Shown here one piece after another: positions 54,152 through 64,000 of a DNA stretch of 64,000 nt (the first letter of the stretch is position 1; every line of letters starts with the position of its first letter). The notes beneath the pieces are model-generated. The model did not search any database and was not told where the DNA came from. It was given only the letters and a program-made list of their open reading frames with translations. Source of the stretch: Balamuthia mandrillaris (Eukaryota); assembly GCA_031835245.2 (NCBI GenBank), contig JAVKOQ020000046.1:62001-126000 (forward strand). Reading direction: 5' to 3'. The position numbers were made by a program, and so were the translations under genes.

Positions 54152-57100
54152 TTAGTCTTCGTAGTCGTCGTCGTCATCGGTTTCTTCACCATAGATGACT
54201 TTCTTCTTTTTGACCTGTCTTGTTTTGTGTTGTGGTTGCTTAGTCTTTGGTTCTTCTTCTTCCTCCTCTGAAGAAACAACCAACTCTTCTGCTCGTTGTT
54301 TCTTGGCAGCTCTTCTTGCCTTTCTAACTGGAGGTTTTGTGGTCTTGCTGACGACCCGTGCTGTAGCTGTCTTCTTTGTTGTAATCCTTTTAGCTGTTCT
54401 TTTGGCTGTTCTTTTGACTGGTTTCTTTTGCTTCAGTACAATTGCTTCCTTTTCTTCCTTTTCTTCTTCTCTTTCTTCTTCTTCCGGGTCAATTGTAGCT
54501 GCTGCCTTTCTCAGTTTTGTATGTACGTTTCGTTTTCTGATAGGCTCATCCTCACTTTCTTGTACTTTTTCCTCTTCTTCCTTTGCTTCTTCTTCTTCCT
54601 CTTCTTCTTCGTTCTCGCTCAAGTCTTGAAGAAGTTCTTCTGCCTCTTGCTCTTTTCTTTCGTCTTCGCTGTCATCACCGTAATTCTCTTCTTCACCTTC
54701 TTCCTCATCGGAGTCAATATATGACGGAGCTTTCTTTCCTCGTCTGCTTGTCTTTTGCCCTTCTTTCCTGTGCCCCCTTTTCCTTGCATTTCTGCGTCTT
54801 GTTGGCTCGACCTTCTTCATATTTTCTTGTTCCCCGATGTCTTCTTCAGCATCTGCTTCATCGTCTTCTCCTTCCTCGACTTCCAACTCGCCATCGCCTT
54901 TCAACTTCTTTCTTATCTCTTCCATTCGGCTTTCCAACTCTTCCGCTGCTGTTTTTTGCTCCGCTTTAGCGAACTTCTTCGCCTATTTACTTCAACGTTA
55001 ACAAAAAACAAAAGAAGAAAGGAAGCAAACAAGAAAGCAAGCAACAGCAGCCGAAAGGAAGAAAGAAGCGAGAAAGAGGAACAAACCTTGCTCACTATGC
55101 CCAAAAAGTGTTGATGCACAACAGGATAGCGTAATGCTGGTGCCCAAAGCTTTTGCAATTCTACCAGCTTTCGAATGCTTTTGCCATTGTAGTTCAACTG
55201 TTCAAGACAATGTGCGATATCTTCGCATTGTTGTTTCTGCCGCGTTCCGCCAGCTTTTTTTTTTAAAAGCAAAACATAAACGTAAGAATAAGGAGGAAAG
55301 AGGAAAGCAGAATGACGGAAGAAGAGGAGGAAACATACCACAACAAATGGTTGTAAAACGGTGACAAAGCTTCATGACCAGGCTCTCCGTTTGTTTCTCC
55401 TTTTGGATAAAACTGAGAAGATAGTTCATGATTGTTCTGAGATCCTGCGAGGACACATCCTCCGAAGCAGAGAGATGGCTGAGCACATCAGGGAGTATGT
55501 TGTAAATACTTTGGCCTAGCAGCAACAGTTAAAAAGAGCATGCAAAAAGAAGAAAAGAAACAAGAATATTCTTGCATAAAGAAGCAAAGGGAAAAATAAG
55601 CTTCATACAAACCTTTTTGAGCAAGTTCGTGGAAGAACAAATGCGCCAGCTGATTCGTTCTCTCATCCGGATCCAACAAACACTGTGCCATGGCCGCTAT
55701 ATTGCCCTTCACCTTCAACATGTCATTCAGAATAAGATGCGTCAGCACCATCAACGTGTTCCTCCGAACTTTGGTGGAAGGATCTCTGAGAGCGGCATAA
55801 ATGTGCGATGTCCAAGGCTCCAACAAGTTGGGAAAGCGGAGAGCGAGATCACCGAGGGCGATGGAGATGTTGGCTCGAATGCTGGCATCTTCAGCCTTCT
55901 GATGCAGAGTGAAGAGGAGTTGGAGATTCTGCTCGCAAAACTTGGAGCTGATGCACATGAACTTGCATAAAGCCAACACTGCCGATGACTTCAGCAGATT
56001 CGCCTATTGTTTTTTGCTGATGTGAGCACCCAAACACAAGAAAGAAACAAGAAAGAACGAGAGTAGCAAACCGAGAATTGCTGTTTGGGGTCAAGGCAAA
56101 CGTGAACGACGAGAGGGGCAAAAGCACCAAACAGGCTCTCAGCATCGCAAACGAGGTGATGCTCCGTAAGTTGGTGCATCCACTCGCTTTCTTGTTCCTC
56201 TCGGACTGCTCCTGCCGCCATTTCCAACTCAGCTTGAGCCGTCTCCTGTTCTTCCGTCTTCCCAACTTCCTGCTCTTCTCCCATCTCTTCATCATCTTCG
56301 TCATCCTCAACATGTTTCTTTCCACGTACTCTTTTCTGAGTTTTTCTCTTCACTGTTTTCTTATTATGCCTTTTGTTCTTTGCTTCTTCCTCTTTCTGTC
56401 GAGCCAAGTCCTCTTTTGCCTGGTGACGTTCTCTACTGAGTTGTGCGTAGACCTCTTCCATGTAGACCAGCATCTTGAGCGCCACATGTCCCAAAACGAA
56501 CAATAGCTTGCTCAAATCTCCATTGCTGAATCCATCTTCTTTTTCTTCTTTATCCGCTTCATCGTCGTTTTCATCTTCGTCAGCGTTGTCGTTGATGACT
56601 CGGTGAAGCGGTTTGTAGAGTCCGTTAAGAATAGAAACACACACTTGGTCCGGTCTTTGCGCCAACACAAAGATGGTGTTGATGGCCTGCTCTGCAGCAG
56701 AATACCAGTTCTGGTGATTTGTTCTCGAGAGGCTGCTCAACACGAATCGTTGCAGCTTTGCAAAGAGAGGATGCTCATTTGGGAGACGTTGTTGCTGCTG
56801 ATGCTTCAACTTTTGTAAAGCAAGACAGGCGAACCGACCCAACAACTCGTCTTCTTCGGAGCGAGGGCCGAGGCCAACGGCGACGATAAGATTCAAGTTG
56901 GAGCGGATGATGTCGGGATTGGCATTGGCCGTCATGCTCAGAATGAGCAATGCATTTCTGCTTTCTTCTGCACTCACAGAGTCTATCTCAAGTGCTTTAT
57001 ACAATGAAAGAAATATCAGCAAAAAGAGAACGAACAAACAAGCGAAGAAGAGAGAAAACGTACAAAAAATATCACACAGCATGTCAATCACATCCTTTGA

Positions 57101-59621
57101 GATAAGCTTCTGAGCAGTCAGTTCCTTGATCATCTCTTCCAGCGACGTCAGCTCTGCCAAGTTCGCTCCGATGGTCAATCCAATTAACCTTCCAGCAATA
57201 CACAAAGCATTCGCTTTGGTCTTGTTTAGATTCTTCAACTTTGCTTTCTTCCTGAGGCTCTCCAACCATTGACCTTCATCTTTGTTGCTGTCGTCTCCTT
57301 CTTGAGCGGAGGATGAGGAGAAGTAGAGCCTCACATACGCGTCCATCAAGGCTTGCCTGACTTGAGCGTCCTTGCTCCAAATGAGCATCAACATCTTCCT
57401 CACTCCCATTGCTTGCGCGTTCTCCACCCCAAACTCGGCGCAACAGACCAAAAAGTGAATGGCCTCGATGACATCTGTTGCCGTGCGTGAGCCCAACAAG
57501 TGGGTGCTGACCAGCTCCACGGCTCGATGAACGTGAAGAATGAAGGCTTGAGCGGATGAAAGGAATGTTCGTTTCTTCTCTTGCTTTTGCTGGTCCGCTT
57601 CCTGTTCTGTTCCCTTCAAACAACGATCCAATCGTTGACGAAAGGAAGAGAGACGTAACGACGGGCCATAAGGATTAAAAGTCAACAAGAGGACAAAGAG
57701 TTGAAGCGCGTTTTTGCGGACTTGAACGGCTTTGTCGGTCAGACGCTCTGTAACGCGTTCAGCCAACGTTGGGATCATGTGGATAGGAACGGCTCTATTT
57801 CTGTTGTGAGGATAACGCAAAGCATTAAAAAAAGAATGCTATAAACGAAGAACTGAGGAAAGTATAAAACGCACTCCATAAGATAGCACCACGCCTGCAA
57901 CACTTTGCTTCTGGTGTATGAGGAGACGTCCAAGAAACGGCGATCAAGAATCTCGAGCATCACCTCCTTTGCTGATCGATTAAGTTCTTCTTTGGTTTGC
58001 TTACGTTCTCTCTCCTTTTTCTTTCTCTCTGCTTGCTTTGGTTTCTTCTCCATCTTTTCTTCTTCGCTGTCTCCTTCTTCTTCCACTATCTCCTCGTCCT
58101 CTCCCTGCTCTTCTTTCGTCTCGTCCTCTTGCGCTTCTTCCTCCACCTCTTTCTCTTCCTCGTCGTCATCCTCTGCTGCTTGTGTTGTTGGCATTACAGA
58201 GTCGTTTGGCAGTAAAGCAATAAGCCGAGAAAGAAGTGTGACAATGCCATTCCTCATCATGTAGCTCTCTCCGTCGAGGTGAGAGACCAACAGAGAGATG
58301 TTGGAAAGAACGGAAGAGGGAGCAACCTCCGCCAGTTGCACCAAAAAGTTGCCAATATTTCTAGCACCATCCAGGTTATGTGCCAGATCCTCTGGTTCCA
58401 ATCTTCCCACTTCCCTTCAATTCCAACGACAAAACAAGTCAACATACAAAACAAAACATGACGCTAAACACAAACGACGCAACGGTACCTCAACACTTCC
58501 GATACGATCTGGCCAGAAGAGGAAGGAGAAGCGGTCTTCACAAACTGAGCTAAAAACTGCGCAATAGGAGAGGCCAAGTGCTCCGACGCCGCCTTGTGCA
58601 GCAAGTGAATGAGGGCCGAGGCTACGCCCTTGCCTTGAGAATGCTTGCCCACCAGAATGGAGAGCAGTAGAAAGATGGCATGTGAGATGGTGGCGTTCTT
58701 TGCATTGTTGGCATTCTCCAGCATCTCCAAAGCGGTGCGAGTGAAGAGGTTGAGATAGTCCTCCGGCAGAGAGGAGCCACAATCCCAAAAGTGCGAGACG
58801 TCCAGCTCGAGGAGGTTGATCATGCGGGAGAGGAGCTTTTCTTTGGTGGAACCATTCCAAGCTTGTTGCTTCTTCTCATCTTCGTTCTCAGCTGGTTTCT
58901 TGGTTTTGGTTGCTCCTCGTCCCTATGTAATATGAAGTTGTTAGGATGAGGAGAGTATAAAGAGAAAGAGAAAGCCAACGAAAGAGAAAGACGAACCCTT
59001 CCACGTGCCACAGGTGGAGCTTCCTTGTCCTCCTTCTCATTGATGGAAGCGAACCACTGCATGAGAAAAGCGTACATCTTGAGACTGTTGGTCAGCCGGG
59101 CCACGCTTTGCTTTTCCTCATCCCACTCTTCCAGCGGTTGTTGCAACAGACCGTCCTTTTGTTGACGTGCGATGAGAGTAACGAGAGCGCCGGCCCCCTC
59201 ATCGATCGTACGAAAGACGTGTTGGCGCAGGGCCAAGTTGAGAGTGTGATAGGAAGAGAGGAAAGCGAACAGAGGGTCGAAATTGCTATTTGTACATATT
59301 TGTGTTGGATCTTCCTCAAAGTCGCTAACGATCTCTGTCAAAAGAAAGAAAGAGAGATAGAAAACAAAAATAAGTTCAGTATGACAAAAGAACAAAACGT
59401 GTCGAGCCGAGAATAGAACGAAACAATAAAAAGAAGAGGAAGAAAGAAACCAACAAACAGAAAAATAAGAGAAAAGAGGGGACCGTACTATCCAGCAGTT
59501 GGTTTAGCTCCTTCTGCGGCAACGAGTCCAAGGCGGGCGGCTTTTTGACTCGAAACTGCGTATCCGCAGCATGCAGCAAGGCCTCCGGCCGCACCGGCAC
59601 CACAAACTCCCTTACGCTCAT
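54152..59621 (-). CDS. NCAPD2: Condensin I non-SMC HEAT subunit Cnd1/CAP-D2/Ycs4
   Basis: HLDGESYMMRN, RFLDVSSYTRSKVLQ, RLTDK...VRKNALQL, LALCKFMCISSKFCEQNLQLLF, IRANI.IALGDLALRFPNL.EPW, LTHLILNDMLKVKG, IYNILPD. Confidence 0.95.
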
Positions 59622-59707
59622 CACTCTTCTTCCCTCTTTCTCTCTTTATCTGTTTTCCTTTACAATTTTCCCATTCATAAAAATCCGCTGAATAAAAATA
59701 ATTATAA

Positions 59708-59721
59708 TTTTGGCGGGAAAA
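59708..59721. promoter_or_regulatory. E2F-type site upstream of NCAPD2
   Basis: TTTTGGCGGGAAAA, 87 bp upstream of the ATG at 59621. Confidence 0.6.
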
Positions 59722-59839
59722 TATATTGTCGACAATGGATTATAAGTGCCGCGTCGTCATGAGCTCACCACAGCAAGTGCTGCTTCGCTCTCGGCGTGTC
59801 TCTCGAGTGAGATGAGGGGAAGTTTTGTTTTTCAGCCTT

Positions 59840-61800
59840 TTAGCTTCTGTTCACAGAGATGACTACAATCATGGTGGTGCCGATGCTGGCGGACAAACAA
59901 ATGAATACGGAGAAGAAGAAATCGAAGCGTCGGGCCAGCTTCGCCTTCCTCTTCCTGTGTTGCATCTTTTCCTCTTTTCTCTCCCTTGCCGACTGAAACG
60001 AACCCATGAACCCAGCCGAATGAGTGGTTCTAACCCATACGGTGCTGTTCCTGTTCCGAACTAGTTCCTCCTCCTCTCTCTTCTTTCGTTCTTCAACATC
60101 CTCAGCCTCATCCATTTCTTTCTTGGATTCATCGTTCTCTTCATTCCCTGATTCAGGCAACAAGGCCATCTCGATGTTGTTGTTGCTCAGATCTGCATTC
60201 GTTCTCCTGTACATGTGCTTGGCTTTCAATCGACGAAACCGGTTTCGCATGCTACCACAACAGCAAACAAACCACTTCCCAACAACGCCAAAGTAGGTGT
60301 GCACCGGCCTTTTCCTTCGCCTGTTGACCCACACTGACATCAAGATACATTCCAGGACCTCCAGAAATAATAAGGCGTAACACCAGTTGAACAACATATC
60401 CGTTACTGTAGGAACAGGAGCGTCAATGTCCGAGATTACGGTTGAAGAGAAGAGAATAAGAGTTGGAAAACGCAGAAGTATGACATACCGGTGATGTATC
60501 CAATATCGGGTAACTTATCGTCAAAACTTATGCCGAGCAGAACTTCCGTTAGCAAGCCAGTCAAAGCAACCCCTTTTAAAGTTAGATTTAGTATATTGGT
60601 GTGAAAAAACCTAGCACGAAACAAAGGAGCAAACCTAATCTGGTTCCAACTTCTTCTGGCTCCAAGAACAGGACCAACACAGATACGGCTAGCGTGATCA
60701 GTGCGGGTGGCAAGATCTTGAACATGAAGAACCTTGCGTGTCGAACCACGCTAACGCCAACTTCCACCACTGTGAACACATCTGCCTTGTTTTTGTTGGT
60801 TAAGGCGGAAGGGTGCAGAGCGGGAAGAGTGCCAAAGTTTGTGGTTCGTTTCGAGTGCACCGCACGACGAATGGTGTGTTCTACCGTCCAACCTATTAAG
60901 TCCACATCTAAGTTTACCTTGGAGTCCTGTTTATGTGCAAGTTTGTTTTTGGAACACAAGAGGGTGAGCACACAGGACAGAAAGAGTTTCGGTAAAGCTT
61001 TAAGGGGTGAAAACAAACGAACCGGATCAAGAATCAACTCCACCTCGTCAGCGTTTAAGTTCTGGTCACCAAGCCGCAGTAAACACTATTACATGCGCAA
61101 TGCATAAGATACGGTAAAGATCTTAGGGCCTACCAAAGGAGCAGAGAAAACAAAGTGCAGGAGGTACCTCTTGCGAGTCAAGGGGAAAGTTGGTGTACAC
61201 AAAATCGGTGGACAAATGAGATTGGAAATAGTAGGCGGCATAACTGTACCCTGGACGAGGATGGTCACACACAGGACACATGACTCTTCCGTTGACGGGA
61301 TCTCGTGCGTCGCATTTCGGTTCCTTGTGTTCGTTTCTCGATGGCCATTCGTTCACCATCCTAATGGTGTCGTGAGGAAAAAATGGTTTTGCCTCTTCTT
61401 CTACAGTTATTCTAGACTTTAGTACAACAGAAGAAACACTAGAAGAGATAGGCGCACCAGAGCCGATAGGGGCAAGAGAGGCGCAAGTCTCCCAATACAT
61501 CCAATAGACCCCTTTCATCCAAAAGGTTTCCATGACGTTCAGGTTGCTTAAGCCGGTGATATAGGCCCCAACAGTGACCTTCAAGGGTTCTCCTGGTTTT
61601 CTTCTTCGCAGTTCTGTACAGCTTTTGGCGCAGCGTCCGTTATAGGTTGCGTTGGGTTGCACCGCCAGGATGGAGGCATTTTGCTCAGGGGTCGAAGAAG
61701 GCTCAGCACCCTCCACAAGGAAGCCCGCGAGCGCGATGAGCAGGAGCACGGGCACCATCCAGCGGACCCACTGGCCGCCGCCCCATCTTTCTGCCTCCAT
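59840..61800 (-). CDS. Pentameric ligand-gated ion channel, Cys-less (Pro-loop) type
   Basis: Signal peptide; PLKVTVG.YI; F.YTNFPLDSQ loop; pre-M1 R..RFFMFKILPP; M2 RLG|VALTGLLT; LPDIGYIT|VTD before M3; long M3-M4 loop; M4 after RRFD. Confidence 0.85.
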
Positions 61801-62109
61801 TTCGTTTCGAACGGCTTCGAATGCTTGTTCATCGAAAAGGCGTTTTCGGAACATTTACCAAAAAAAGAGCTACACCTTAAACTCGCTTCACCTCGTGACG
61901 TCATGATAAAACTGAACAATGTTTCCTCTGGAAGAGAGGCAAAAGTTGTCCAACCTCACGTCCACTCCATCATGCATGTTAGCGATGGAGAGACCCCGTT
62001 TTTGTGTTTATTGGGGAAACAAAAAAACCTGAGCCTTCCTCGGTTGAATGTTCGCTCTCCCTTGCTCTTCTCTTTCCCAACACGCCTTCTGGAATGTTGT
62101 GTGTGGACT

Positions 62110-62545
62110 TCATTGTTGTTGTCTGCTCTCCTCCTCCTTTTCTTGTTGAGCAAGAACAAGCCTTCTGATGGCCGCTTGCTCGAGAGCAATCTTTGAGGGG
62201 GAACGTTTGAAGGCCTCGCTGGTGATGTGCTCCCGAAGGGCCTCGCTGAGCAGCGGCCACTGCTCTGTTCTCTCCACAAACCCAAAGTTGGCTATCATGA
62301 AAGCCATTATTGCCTGTCGAAGACGGAATGCTTGATAGGTATCCGCGAATTGATAAAGCTCACATGCGTCCTCCGCTGGAAACGAAAAGCAATGATACCC
62401 CAACGAATGAATATAAGCTGGATAATAATAATAATAATAATACGAGGAGACGAGACTTACCAGTAAACAAAGGATCTTCTCCTCTCAAATGATTCTTCAG
62501 AATCCATATTTCGCAAATGTCTGCCAGTATCAAGAGAGTGAGAGT

Positions 62546-62586
<41 letters not shown>

Positions 62587-64000
62587 GTAAGCCCACAAGA
62601 ACGACAAAGAGAGATAGACAGAGAGAGAGCGAGGAGCTAAAAGGGGAAGAGAGGCTACCAATAAGCGGTGGAAGGAAGTACTCGTTGGCCAGTTGAATCA
62701 AGTCAAAAGCCAGCACTAAACTCTCTTTAATATCCATCGGCACATCCAACCACATTCGAAGGGGATCCTTGCTCTTCTTTTCCTTTCCAATCGTTGCCCC
62801 ATCGTCTTCCACCTCTTTCCTCTCGTCCTGTTCTTGCTTAATTTTGTGCTTGGCGAAACGAAGCACATCTCCACTGTAGATGTACTCCAACAGATGAACA
62901 AAGGTCTTCGCCGAGACGTCCTCGCGAATGGGAACGCCACGAAGAGAGACCGGTCGGAACGACCCAAAGAAGAACGTCGAGAAGTATTCGGACCGCAACA
63001 ACAACGAGAGATGAGCAGCAATCGGTTGATTTGTCCCTTCAACATTCTCCTCTTTCGTCTCTTCAGCTTCTGGTTCTTCTCGAGCGGAGTCACTAACCAG
63101 GAAAGTGATGTCGGTGCATTGAGAATTGTTGATCAACTCACGAAGGTCCTCATTCAAGTTGGAGAGAGGTAGCTGTTCCAAAGCAATCTCTTCTGAGAGA
63201 AGGTTGACTAGTTGCGAATGGTGATAGGTTTTCAGCGATAGTGCTTCTTCTGCCTCCATCTGCTTTCTTTGTTCATGTGTCTCCGACGAAAACTCTTGCA
63301 GCTTCCTGTTCAAAGTCTCTTGGTACTCTCTCGTCAAAACGGCACGAAGCTCTCGCCTTCTTCTCGTTTGCGTTTGTTTCTTTTTACAAACCACTTCTGC
63401 CACTTTAGCTTTTATCTCTGCATTCATTTGTTGAGTGAAGGAGTCGATCAGGCTTTGTCTCTCTCGCTCCCATTTTCTGTCTTGGTTTACCTTTCTGTGA
63501 GACAGCTGTTGTTTCATATGTTGGAGAAGAATGTCGTAGTTGATGTTGGGAAAGATGCGGCTGTTCAGGAGCTTGTCGCAGGCTTCGAAGAGAACCCTAA
63601 GGGCTTTGCGTTGTCGGTATTGTTTGCTGAGCTCTTGAAGCCGTTCCAACAGGTCCACGCGAGGAAAGAAGAAATTGCCACAATAAGTGTATTCCAACAA
63701 CGCGCGGAGAAGAAGGGACGGATAGTTCGTGTGGATGACTTCTTTTTCTCGCTTGTGATTGCTTTCTTCTTCATCTTTCTCTTTTTGTTTTTCCAGTTCT
63801 TGTTCTGTTTTCCTGTGGGAGAAGAGCCGAAGGTACATTTCGTTGCCCATCAGATCTATCAACAAAGCTTTTGGCAGTCTTGCTTTAAGGATGTAACTGT
63901 GGGCATATAATACATTGTCGCTCTTCTTCTTCTCCTCCTGTTCTACTTCCTTGGCTTTGGTGGGTTCAGCGTCTCCTTCCTTCCGGTCTTTGTTTTCCAG
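62110..64000 (-). CDS. BTB/POZ domain protein (3' part; truncated by the window end)
   Basis: LINNSQCTDITFLV...IAAH..LL.RSEYFSTFF.GSF, F..LLEYIYSG, LIQLANEYFL, plus an earlier LLEYTYCG BTB-like segment. Confidence 0.8.

Overview
Compact, intron-rich eukaryotic genomic DNA with GT-AG spliceosomal introns, CT/CTT microsatellites and short AT-rich intergenic regions. An amoebozoan-type protist is inferred from the gene style and is not proven. About 25 protein-coding genes were reconstructed by hand; most ORF-track entries are shadow or microsatellite ORFs. Recognisable genes: 3-mercaptopyruvate sulfurtransferase, SLC25 carrier, aldo-keto reductase, villin-headpiece coiled-coil protein, PAF-acetylhydrolase, OMA1-like protease, Timeless/Tof1, RPB7, monoglyceride lipase, ABHD4/5-like hydrolase, condensin Cnd1/NCAPD2, a Cys-less pentameric ligand-gated ion channel and a BTB protein. 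The most notable observations are three spliced in-frame domain fusions: (1) inositol polyphosphate kinase + RHG histidine phosphatase; (2) enoyl-CoA hydratase + 3-hydroxyacyl-CoA dehydrogenase + thiolase in one chain; (3) K48M ubiquitin + ADP-ribosyltransferase + WWE. Also seen: identical E2F-type sites upstream of Timeless, NCAPD2 and an INCENP-N-like/CH-domain orphan gene; a tandem triplication of a zinc-finger gene; a 64-aa spliced microprotein; and A-rich 3' splice sites. No rRNA, tRNA, CRISPR or clear transposon was seen. Gene coordinates are genomic spans including introns, from manual splice inference.
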